Assembly: GCA_965248435.1 (NCBI GenBank)
Contig: OZ252100.1
Location: 3,488,001-3,552,000, forward strand
DNA length: 64,000 nt
Reading direction: 5' to 3'
Origin: Candidatus Latescibacterota bacterium
GTDB taxonomy: Bacteria > Latescibacterota > UBA2968 > GCA-2709665
The notes beneath the pieces were generated by a model. The model saw only the letters and a program-made list of their open reading frames with translations. It was not told the origin of the DNA and searched no databases. The position numbers and the translations under genes are program-made. Positions 18,718 through 27,048 of this stretch are shown in pieces (the first letter of the stretch is position 1; each line of letters opens with the position of its first letter).

Positions 18718-20181
18718 CTAACCGACTTCGTCCCTTAAAGTCTCAACCCTCTCAAAGAAGTGGGGGATCGACCAAAGAAGCTCTGCGTGTTTGTAGTCTG
18801 ACACCATCTTACCGAAAGCCTGCTCCGCCACGTAGGAGCTGAGGCGCTCTACGGTATCCCTGTGGTCCGCAGGCCACAGGCGAAGAAGAACCTCACCAAT
18901 ATGGGCCGAAGCCCCAAGATCTGGACTGCCGTGAATAGTGAGCGGATAGCCACTAATGTGAGATTCGAGATCAACATGGAGGCCACGTAGACCGGTGTGC
19001 ACACTCGACAGAGTCTTCTGAGTCTGGTCACTGCTACTAGCAATCAGCATGTCGCCGCAGGCGTCGAGAACCCACCAACTGTAGTATCCCGACATATGCC
19101 ATTGCTTCTCATGGCCGAACAACCGAGCCTCACCCCGTTCCGACTCGTAGGCGAGAGCCATTTCGCAGAGATTCTCTTCGAGAGTTGATTGAATCTGATC
19201 AAGACGTGAATTGGTCATCCATGAAGTTCTCAGGTCAGGACGAGATCGCACGAGGCCGATCAAATGGAGTCGCTCAGCATGGGTAGGGACACGGTGGTCC
19301 CCCACGGATAAGTCCTGCAGACAAAAGTTAATCGCTTGCTTGATCGGTGCTGGGCGCTGATGTGAGAGTTGGAGAAGCGCTTTTGCAAATGTTGCTGAGT
19401 GACGGACGTCTACGCGAATCGTTTCACCCGTTGACGTCATCTGTATAAGGCCAGCCCCTTTGCCGTCGAAGTGCCTGAGAAGGTAACCCCTTGCAAGCGT
19501 CAGTCGTCGGTCGATACGATCCAAGTAATCAGGATATGCCGAACTTCGCAGAAAGAGACGCTTCAGGCTGCATAACCCTCTAATCATCCAGTGCGTGACT
19601 GAAACGCTGTCGACTTGAGATACCGAATCGGGTACGTGGTCAGGAAACGAAAGGGGAAGGTAGTTCTGGGAATACGATTTTGACCAGCCTCCGTATCGAT
19701 GTGAGGCCGGCTCCTCGACGAACTGGTCTGCCTCGATCGCCGATAGAATGGGTTCCCAGTCGCCAAGCTCGATACCGCACGACGACTCAAGGGGTTGAAG
19801 CTTCCCGGCGATGCGATCGGCTATCGACTCAGGGGTCCCTACCCGACCGTCAATATACAGCAAACCAGACAGGATCCTCGGAACACAATTGTCTTCCAGT
19901 AGAATTGGGAAAAGTCTGAATGATGGGTCAAGACCCCTTCGGGCGAACGCCGCGCTCAGTTCGGCCTGGACCCACCACGAGTCGAGAGATTTATGCGATA
20001 GCAATACACAATAACCCTGTGATCGATCGATTGCACGAGATATCTCGGTCGTGAGCACTTGGCCAGGGTCCAGGTGATCAATATCTCGCCATAGGAGAAT
20101 CCCCTTCGCCGCAAGTGTCGAAGCAAAGGCATCGGCCCAGACGCCATCCTCATGGGAGTAGCTGAGAAAGAGTGTTGTCAT
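18718..20181 (-). CDS. TIR domain protein fused to a helical C-terminal domain (possibly alpha/alpha toroid, prenyltransferase-like)
   Basis: LFLSYSHED, LWRD..LDPG..ISRAIDRS..VLLSHKSLDSWWVQAEL (catalytic Glu), FPILLE..P..L..LLYID. Confidence 0.85.
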   Translation of the reverse strand: MTTLFLSYSHEDGVWADAFASTLAAKGILLWRDIDHLDPGQVLTTEISRAIDRSQGYCVLLSHKSLDSWWVQAELSAAFARRGLDPSFRLFPILLEDNCVPRILSGLLYIDGRVGTPESIADRIAGKLQPLESSCGIELGDWEPILSAIEADQFVEEPASHRYGGWSKSYSQNYLPLSFPDHVPDSVSQVDSVSVTHWMIRGLCSLKRLFLRSSAYPDYLDRIDRRLTLARGYLLRHFDGKGAGLIQMTSTGETIRVDVRHSATFAKALLQLSHQRPAPIKQAINFCLQDLSVGDHRVPTHAERLHLIGLVRSRPDLRTSWMTNSRLDQIQSTLEENLCEMALAYESERGEARLFGHEKQWHMSGYYSWWVLDACGDMLIASSSDQTQKTLSSVHTGLRGLHVDLESHISGYPLTIHGSPDLGASAHIGEVLLRLWPADHRDTVERLSSYVAEQAFGKMVSDYKHAELLWSIPHFFERVETLRDEVG

Positions 20182-20194
20182 TTTATCTTTGTCC

Positions 20195-20255
20195 AGCTAG
20201 CACTTTGCAGATCTGTCGCGGTGCGAGGCGCCGTCCTTGCATCGGCTTGTTCGTG
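20195..20255 (-). mobile_element. Degenerate attC-like site (61 bp)
   Basis: CACGAAC-AAGCC-GATGCAAG...ACAGATC-TGCAAAGT-GCTAGCT; R''/L''/L'/R' layout, 13 nt before the TIR ATG. Confidence 0.6.
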
Positions 20256-20445
20256 CCGCCGCCCACTCGTCTTCGACACCTTCGGCGGATGAAGCAGTCA
20301 TCGTTTTTCTTCTTCTATCTCGCTTCTCTTCAGCTTGGGCGCAGTGGGTTGCCATTCTCTCAAATGCTGAACCACGTCTCCGTAGAATCCGACGACTACT
20401 CCGATTTCTGCCGGTTCCGAAAGGTCCTCGATGTCGTTTCACTCC

Positions 20446-21390
20446 TTATCCGCCGTCTTGGTCTGCGTGAACGAAGGCATATGAACCGATACCGAGTACA
20501 ACTAGGGTTACTCCTAACCCCGCGGTCAATGACGGCGCATTGCCACCAAACAGGCCCCACTCTATTATGAGTGCGAAAGGCACTTCTGCGGCCTGCGTGG
20601 CATCTACTGCGGCGATTGCCATCGGACTCGTCGTGCTATGCCTTGCGTACAGGAAAATGCTCGTCGCAACGATTCCCGTTGATATCGCCACATATGCGGT
20701 ACTAGCGAGCTGTTCTGCCGTTGGGGCCGGAGGCTGTGCAAGAAGACCGATTACCATCAGAACCGGTATCGCGCCAGCTGTCATCATCCACACTCTGCAG
20801 AATGTATTACCTATGGGCGGCTGAACGATGTGCGGAACAATTGCGTGTCCACCACTTTTCGCGAGTCCGCATAGTGTGTTTCCCAAAGGGAAGCACGTCG
20901 CTGCGAGGAGCACCGGTCATACGCCATACCCTATTTCCAGAGAGAATCGTCCGAACTGTGAAGCATTTACCAAGAGCACCCCGACAACTGCTATCCCGGC
21001 ATAGAGCACGCCTCTGCTAGGTACACGTCGGCCGAACACGCGAAGCACAAGAGGAGTCGCGAGGATCGTGCATTGCCAAGTTGTCGCCACGACCCATCCA
21101 GGAGCGAAGCTAGCCGCGAAACAGAGGGCAGAATAGAAGCATCCGAATCCAATGCCCCCAGCAACAAGCCACAACCAGCGATATTGAACAAGGCACACAC
21201 CGGATTCCCACAAGCTCCGCCGTCCGTACCTGAATGCGATCAAAGGTGTGAGAAGTATGAACACGTACGCATACCTAAGCGCAGCGGTCCAAAACCAATG
21301 CCCACCTTCTACACTCATCCATCTATTGAGAACGAAGGTGCTAGAGAAAAAGAAGGCAGCAGCTACACCCAAAGACACCAGTCGAATCAC
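20446..21390 (-). pseudogene. YjlA-like multidrug-resistance efflux transporter (DMT superfamily) with in-frame TGA at 20917-20919
   Basis: FFSSTFVLNR..GGHWFWTAALRY, GFGCFY..FAA..APGWVVATTWQ.TILATP; same frame continues *PVLLAATCFPLGN..ATSIFLYAR..AAVDATQAAEVPFAL. Confidence 0.8.
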
Positions 21391-21444
21391 AGATACCGTC
21401 CTTCCCCTTCCTTCGCCATCAGAACAAACAACCTTATGGTCATA

Positions 21445-22926
21445 TCACAGATCGTATCGGCCGACATTGAACGCCATTGCCCGCTCCCGCTCACCACGCG
21501 TCGCGTGCGGGTCTTCGGGAAGCACGTACTGGGTGACACACTCCTTGAGTTCACACATGTTGAGGAAATGGTGGGTTACCAGGTGGCGAAACTCAGCATC
21601 AGGGTGGGTCACGGGCGCCGGCAACGCGGTGAAATCCAGCAACTGAAAGGTACGTGGAGTATCTAGAAAGTAACGGATGGTGGAACGATTTGCTGGGTCA
21701 AACCAACCGTCGTTTCCCGGTACAATCCCCTTAGCCACGTGCGGGCGGGGGAGAGCACCGTGCTCATCAGCCATCCTTCGTCCGAATTCAGCCGCACGTT
21801 CAAGGCTATCAGCGTCATCCACTCCGACGTGACCGAAAACCATGAGCGTTTCCGCGGTGATGCCGTAGCACTCCCGTGCGACTCGAATGGCCTCCGCGGG
21901 TGAATACGAGCCATGAGGCTTTCGGATGGCCTTCCAGACCCGTGAGACCGCCCCATCCACCCCAAAGCCAATGCGGCATAGACCGGCGCGTGCTAGATCA
22001 GCGATTAGATCGGGCTCACGCATATGTGCACTGAGGAAGGAATTAACGTTCGAGAGCCCTCTCATCCGAAGCTTGAACCCTTGTTGTTCTTGAAGGACGG
22101 ACAGTATACTCTGACAGACACCACGAACCTCGGACGGCGATTGAAAGAGGTCAAGGTTTGTTAGATAGAGTTGTAGGCTTGAAATCCCCAGCTTCTTCGA
22201 TCGCTCAATTAGATATGTGAGGTCCTCCTGGATACGTTGGAGCTCTCTGTAGCGCTCTTGTACTTTTCGAGCAGGTCCGCCCGAAACACTGTCTGGTCGA
22301 GTACGATCAGCGGCGCAAAAGCTGCAACTGTAGCGACAACCCTGCGAAAGGTAGAATGCAAACTCCTGCGATAGGTAGAGCCGCATGGTGGCATCTGATA
22401 TTTGCTCATAGGCACAAAGCAGAGAGACGCTCTCCGGTGTCGGCACTGCGCCGGGCCCCAATCCCAATGCTCCGCTGAGAGCACACGGCGAGTTTCCATT
22501 GACGACGCTGCCGCCGAAGAGGTCAGCCATCTGATGTTCGGTGAAGCCGGAGATAATCTGGCCACCGAGGAGAATCGTGGCCTCTGGCCGCTGCTCCCGG
22601 ACCCGGCTAGCGAGGCGAATCGTGGGCTCCACGTAAGGCGCGCCGACCAAGTTTATGCCAACACACGGTTCGAACTCTCGCGCCTGGTCAATGTTCTCAT
22701 CCACCAACTCTACCTCAAATCCAGCAGCCATCAGGCGTGCTTGGACAGACAGGATCGACGTTGGCATGTACACGTGACCCAGGGGGTGATCGACCGGATC
22801 CGGCGCATAGACATGGCGTGGCTGGATCAGTTGAACGGAGTCACGGTTTCTTGAGGGGATCATCAGGTCCTCGGGTGCGAGCATTGGCACAGTGCCCGTC
22901 GCGCCCTGACGGCTCGCTGCAGGCAT
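21445..22926 (-). CDS. B12-binding domain radical SAM protein (start may be 22863)
   Basis: N-terminal PTSILSV..L..AGFEVELVD..VGIN..ILLGG (B12 domain); SQGCRYSCSFC CxxxCxxC; AGLCRIGFGVD. Confidence 0.85.
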   Translation of the reverse strand: MPAASRQGATGTVPMLAPEDLMIPSRNRDSVQLIQPRHVYAPDPVDHPLGHVYMPTSILSVQARLMAAGFEVELVDENIDQAREFEPCVGINLVGAPYVEPTIRLASRVREQRPEATILLGGQIISGFTEHQMADLFGGSVVNGNSPCALSGALGLGPGAVPTPESVSLLCAYEQISDATMRLYLSQEFAFYLSQGCRYSCSFCAADRTRPDSVSGGPARKVQERYRELQRIQEDLTYLIERSKKLGISSLQLYLTNLDLFQSPSEVRGVCQSILSVLQEQQGFKLRMRGLSNVNSFLSAHMREPDLIADLARAGLCRIGFGVDGAVSRVWKAIRKPHGSYSPAEAIRVARECYGITAETLMVFGHVGVDDADSLERAAEFGRRMADEHGALPRPHVAKGIVPGNDGWFDPANRSTIRYFLDTPRTFQLLDFTALPAPVTHPDAEFRHLVTHHFLNMCELKECVTQYVLPEDPHATRGERERAMAFNVGRYDL

Positions 22927-22969
22927 CGTAGCGGTACGAGTAACACTGCTTCCTCTTCGCCATTCCTTC

Positions 22970-22995
22970 CACGGACAACTGATTGCTTGTTGGAC
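22970..22995 (-). mobile_element. Internally deleted attC-like remnant
   Basis: GTCCAAC (perfect RYYYAAC) AAGC 4 nt after the stop of the upstream gene, then GTTGTCC. Confidence 0.4.
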
Positions 22996-22999
22996 ATTC

Positions 23000-24163
23000 T
23001 CAATAGCCCGAAACCTCCTTTAACCGGCCCTCCTCTTGCGTGTAAACATGGAACCTCATCGCCGTGTTGTTTCCGTCAGGACCGAATTCATAATTCCCTG
23101 CGGCGCCACCGTGAATAATGATATCCTTTTTATCCGCCTGGACATGCTCTCCTATGGATCTTCGCGAGTTTCCATTGACGCCACTTATGATGATCTCAGC
23201 CAGCTTATAGGCATCGGCCCCAATAGGCTCGTAAGTTGCCTTCTTCTGCCCTTCCGAAATGGTGACAGCTGACAGGAAGTATGATTCGTTTCGCAGCGTC
23301 GCCGATCTCTCGATAAGTTCTTCGACTGTACAACCATCCGTGAAGACGACCGGCACGGTGATATCGAAAGTAGCTAACTCGTCGATGAGAAGCAGGCCGT
23401 TATTCGAAACTCCAACAAAGATCAGGATCTCAGGAGATTGAGCATGGTCGCGAAGCCGTTCGAAGTCATCAACCAGTCTACTCGCATCTCCATAGTTCTT
23501 CTTGTATATAATTTGACCGCCATTCTTCCTAATCTTGGCTGAGATCTTCTTCGCGAGGTCCTCAGAGTAGGCCCGGTTTTCCTCGTCAACCAGGATTGCG
23601 ACTCTCTGGTTCGTTGTCCTCTTGGCAATGAAACTCTTGATTTGAGTTGCTTGGTCTTCGTTGTCTGGAATCATCCTAAGCATGGCATTGTACCCTGCGG
23701 ATTGAGCGATTGCTGTGAGTTGGGTCGCAGTTGCAATTGGCAAGATGAATGCGGGTCTGCTAGAGGACCTGACTATTTCGCCAAGTGTAACGGTGGTGAG
23801 CTCGCTGTTCGAGTTCCCGATGATCATCACACAATTCTCATCGTTAACGAGTTCCATCGCGACCCGCTCCGCTTCCTCGACTGAGTAATGATCATCTCTA
23901 TAGGATATTTTTACGACTTCTCCTCCCTTTGTTTTCAAGTGATTGCTGCTTCCGAAGCCAGTCAGGAACTCAGTCGGTATGGTGAACGTTTCGTCCGACT
24001 TTGACATCACCACGGCAATGTATTTTTCCTGGTGAGAAGCATCTATGACCACATCCTTCCCAAGGTCGAGGAGGGTGGAGATCACCCATGTTGCGCCGGT
24101 AAGAGCAAAAAAGCCTAAGATTAAGTAAATGATGTGTTTTGGCTTTGGTCTTCTCACGGTCAT
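23000..24163 (-). CDS. Membrane-anchored type-1 periplasmic binding protein (LivK/ABC branched-chain-like), with no partner transporter genes
   Basis: N-terminal TM; YRDD..EAERVAMELV..IIGNSNS, ILPIATA, LRMIPDNEDQA, YSEDLA, GAAGNYEFGPDG; RBS GGAGG. Confidence 0.75.
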   Translation of the reverse strand: MTVRRPKPKHIIYLILGFFALTGATWVISTLLDLGKDVVIDASHQEKYIAVVMSKSDETFTIPTEFLTGFGSSNHLKTKGGEVVKISYRDDHYSVEEAERVAMELVNDENCVMIIGNSNSELTTVTLGEIVRSSSRPAFILPIATATQLTAIAQSAGYNAMLRMIPDNEDQATQIKSFIAKRTTNQRVAILVDEENRAYSEDLAKKISAKIRKNGGQIIYKKNYGDASRLVDDFERLRDHAQSPEILIFVGVSNNGLLLIDELATFDITVPVVFTDGCTVEELIERSATLRNESYFLSAVTISEGQKKATYEPIGADAYKLAEIIISGVNGNSRRSIGEHVQADKKDIIIHGGAAGNYEFGPDGNNTAMRFHVYTQEEGRLKEVSGY

Positions 24164-24274
24164 GTCAGTTCCTCCCTCATTGATTGCGTAGAGTTGGCAT
24201 TGTCCCGAACGGTGTTCAGAGGTGAGTCTAATGAGGTCCCGTACGGTCTTAAGGTGTAATAACGTCTCCGTTCG

Positions 24275-24421
24275 GACTAACATGAATTGTGCAGGTCAGC
24301 ATGAAGCCCAAAACATAGCTGATTCTCTGCAAGATATCACCCCACGGTTTCATCCAGTTTGTGAGGGCAACTCCATTTATCCAATAGACTCCGGAAAGAG
24401 CAGACACTCCGCTGGTTAGTA
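24275..24421 (-). mobile_element. Degenerate attC-like site (147 bp)
   Basis: TACTAAC contains the stop TAA of ORF 24416..24763 and is complementary to GTTAGTC at the other end. Confidence 0.5.
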
Positions 24422-24763
24422 AGAAGCCACTTCTCGCCGAGACGTTGATGACAGCAGCTCGTAGAGTCGCTTGAGACCGGATACCACCTCTGCCCATCCG
24501 TCTGTCCATCGGTCGTCGAGTGGCTCACTTGCTTGGCAGATGGAGTGAGTCCGGTCAAGCAGCACATTGGCAACCTTGCAAAGTTCCTGAAGTTGCGCTG
24601 GCGCGGATGCAGGCAGCTCATAGTGGCCAGGAAACACAGGTCCGTGGAATCCGGCCTCCCGTGCAGCATATCGCGTACATGCGAGGACCGCTCGAAGTAA
24701 GCGGGCGCGCGCCGTATATGCAAGCTCGGCAGTTCCTGCCAACTCAAGTGCGTGCTTGATCAC
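24416..24763 (-). CDS. Hypothetical helical protein or C-terminal gene fragment
   Basis: 115-aa ORF, GTGA overlap with upstream gene, stop lies inside an R''-like box. Confidence 0.45.
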   Translation of the reverse strand: MIKHALELAGTAELAYTARARLLRAVLACTRYAAREAGFHGPVFPGHYELPASAPAQLQELCKVANVLLDRTHSICQASEPLDDRWTDGWAEVVSGLKRLYELLSSTSRREVASY

Positions 24764-25254
24764 TCGGCGAGATTTGCCTCGCGGGCAGCCACTTCAACGA
24801 GACGATAAGCCTTTGCCGGCGCAGCGTGTCCCAGCTTTGCAGCCTCCCGCGCGAGGTCATGTGCGAGGGCCTCTCGCAGATTCGGCTCCTGCGGTATGCT
24901 GTTCTCCAACTCGTGGAAGTCAACGTAGCAACCTGTGAAGCGAGCGTAACGAAAGTCACACGCACTGATGGAAGTGCCCGGGAACTCGCAATCGATGAAC
25001 CTGCACGCCGAGAATACCGATGACCGCAGCTGGGTCTTCCGGAAGTAACAGCCGAGGAATGCACAGTTGAGGAACCGCGCTTGTTGGAGCGTTACATCCT
25101 TGAAACTGATATTCGCAAACGTACAATGCTCATAGGTAGCGTTCTGGATCAGCCTGCCATCTAGAAGCTCGCTACCATACAGTTTCTTCTTGCCACGATA
25201 GGGCTCGGCAATCTCAGACGGAGTCCGTCCGACGAAGTATAGACCAGCTGTCAT
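24760..25254 (-). CDS. Pentapeptide repeat protein, probably C-terminally truncated
   Basis: ATYEH CTFAN ISFKD VTLQQ ARFLN CAFLG CYFRK TQLRS SVFSA CRFID CEFPG TSISA CDFRY ARFTG. Confidence 0.8.
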   Translation of the reverse strand: MTAGLYFVGRTPSEIAEPYRGKKKLYGSELLDGRLIQNATYEHCTFANISFKDVTLQQARFLNCAFLGCYFRKTQLRSSVFSACRFIDCEFPGTSISACDFRYARFTGCYVDFHELENSIPQEPNLREALAHDLAREAAKLGHAAPAKAYRLVEVAAREANLAE

Positions 25255-25266
25255 GGCACCCTCTCC

Positions 25267-25432
25267 CTACAACTAGACACCTTACGAAGCCGCGCACGCT
25301 ACCCGCAGACCCTGGATGAGTCTGCAGCGATCCATTGAGTCGGAACATCGAAGTACATCCCCACATCGAGACGGACAGCCAGCTATACGTTCCTTTTCGA
25401 AAACGCGGTTGGTCTGCAACGCCTTTTTAGCC
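25267..25432 (-). mobile_element. Degenerate attC-like site
   Basis: GGCTAAA-AAGGC-GTTGCAGACCAACCGCG left arm overlapping the gene stop; right end GTCTAGTTGTAG nearly identical to the end of the 18585 site. Confidence 0.5.
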
Positions 25433-25822
25433 GGCCGCCATCAGGTTAAAGCTAGCGATTTCAGTGTTTAAGATGAGCACAGCCGGAGGTGCATCCAGCT
25501 CAGCCTCCTGGACATGGGTTGCCCGCACGGCGCTGGAAAAATTCACCTCGATAATTTTGCAGCCAAACCCTTCTTCTTTAGCGACCTCGAACTGCTCGTA
25601 CGCGAAAACGACCCCCGGATCGGCCGTTGCAGGCGGTGAAACTAAATGGTTCTGAGTCTTATCTAGTTCCGCATCAATTGGAGCACCTAAGAACCGACCA
25701 GATTGGACAATAGCAGCAGCGTGATTAGTGTAGTGATACGCCTTTCCGGCCCCGAGTAGCTCGACGTCGGTGAAGGTTGAAATCGCCGTCTGAATGAATT
25801 CTGCAAGCTCTTGCGATGTCAT
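25427..25822 (-). CDS. Small protein with ADP-ribosyltransferase (Tox-ART-HYD1-like) pattern
   Basis: AYHYT...AIVQSGRF...PGVVFA pattern; 131 aa from MTSQE. Confidence 0.5.
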   Translation of the reverse strand: MTSQELAEFIQTAISTFTDVELLGAGKAYHYTNHAAAIVQSGRFLGAPIDAELDKTQNHLVSPPATADPGVVFAYEQFEVAKEEGFGCKIIEVNFSSAVRATHVQEAELDAPPAVLILNTEIASFNLMAAG

Positions 25823-25888
25823 TCTCTTCTCCAACACCCCGCTTAAGTTTTAGCTGCCTGGATAGTTGTACGATCCTGTGAGGTAGTT

Positions 25889-25918
25889 ATTATACGATTT
25901 GAGATAGATGCTTATCAA
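25889..25918 (-). promoter_or_regulatory. Sigma70-type promoter at the head of the island
   Basis: TTGATA-N18-TATAAT on minus strand, about 65 nt upstream of the ATG at 25822. Confidence 0.6.
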
Positions 25919-26199
25919 GTTCTCGGACATTTAAATTCGTATCACTATGTTGAATATGTCGCCATGCGCCAAACCAAGTCCATGACGATATGCTCGGGGC
26001 GACTCTTAGAGTGGCACGATTCATTTCTTCTACGGCTTAGTGGTAGGCTATTTGCTCAACATATGATTCCAGTTGTTTTGTCCCTTTTACGTCAGACTGT
26101 TACTTCAGGAATTGAGAACAATTAGCGACTTCCTCAGTGTGAACATCCCTTTGAACATCCGAACTCCTAATTCGCATCCACTCAAGACTCTGCCCATCG

Positions 26200-26538
26200 C
26201 TATGTGCGATCCTCGTTGATTTTTCCAGTGGCTCGGTACCTGGCCAGTCTCCTGCGCACGACTCGACGTAGCTTTCGGTCTGGATCGTTGCGAAGGCCTT
26301 CCATTACGGATAGGACCTCCGACTCCCGAGCTTTCGGAGAACCGTCGATCAGGGTGTGGAACGCGATTCTTCGCACGCTCAGATCGGGGTCAGATGTCAA
26401 TTCGAAAATCCGGTCCCAAACCCTCGGGTCGTCCATCTTGATCTCGCAAGGGCAAAGGTCTCTGGCCGCTTGCTTACGAACTCTGTGGTCTGGATCGTGA
26501 GTATCACTCAGGAGATCATCTATCGTTCGCGTTTCCAC
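26200..26538 (-). CDS. HEAT repeat protein
   Basis: Three DPD..VRR/VRK/LRR helical repeats; DLCPC motif. Confidence 0.7.
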   Translation of the reverse strand: METRTIDDLLSDTHDPDHRVRKQAARDLCPCEIKMDDPRVWDRIFELTSDPDLSVRRIAFHTLIDGSPKARESEVLSVMEGLRNDPDRKLRRVVRRRLARYRATGKINEDRT

Positions 26539-26541
26539 GGT

Positions 26542-26847
26542 TCAGTACTCCGCAGGCGTGTATATGTTCAGTGTCTCGAGGGGTCGATCGCTGGTGTTCA
26601 CGATTTCGTGGGTTTCGCCCGCCTCTACGAGGAGGAGCGTTCCGGATTGGAGATCGGTCTGTTTCTCTCCCACGATGGCCCTGCCCTCACCCGAGATGAC
26701 ATAGAGCCACTGATCACTTTGGCGGTGCTTATTGTGTGGTCCTCCCGTTGCCTCCCTGGCTTCGAGGACCATGGTTGCGGCCTGCCCGCGGTCTGTCGTG
26801 GCCAGGATCCGAAAGCCGCTCTCTGGTTCGATTTGAAGACGCTTCAT
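26542..26847 (-). CDS. Cupin domain protein
   Basis: HNKHRQSDQWLYVISGEG..L..G..GETHEIVN..LNIYTP; RBS AAGGAG. Confidence 0.85.
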   Translation of the reverse strand: MKRLQIEPESGFRILATTDRGQAATMVLEAREATGGPHNKHRQSDQWLYVISGEGRAIVGEKQTDLQSGTLLLVEAGETHEIVNTSDRPLETLNIYTPAEY

Positions 26848-26896
26848 CAAAGTGCTCCTTCGGCCGCCATTTAGGGTCGATGGTTGACATGGAAAC

Positions 26897-27039
26897 AAAT
26901 CCCCCCTGCCCCCCTTTTCCGAAAGGGGGGAGATTGCTCTTTCTGAAAAGAGTACCCATCCAGGAATAGATTCTTCCCCCTTTGCAAAAGGCCTGTCCCG
27001 AGCGAGCTTGCGAGTCGAGGGAGGGATTGAGGGGGATTT
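26897..27039. repeat. REP/MITE-like palindromic element with a nested second palindrome
   Basis: Terminal IR AAATCCCCC / GGGGGATTT; internal CCCCCCTTTTCCGAAAGGGGGG hairpin; insert CCTGTCCCGAGCGAGCTTGCGAGTCGAGGGA at 26992-27022. Confidence 0.7.
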
Positions 27040-27048
27040 CAGAATGCA

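Noticed and set aside
20917-20919. TGA as selenocysteine or an alternative genetic code
   Set aside because: The position is a hydrophobic TM boundary, not a Cys site, and many other genes here end normally in TGA.
26141-26160. GAACATCC direct repeat as a LexA box for a lost integrase
   Set aside because: The spacing is GAAC-N8-GAAC rather than a consensus I can support, and no integrase remnant is visible.
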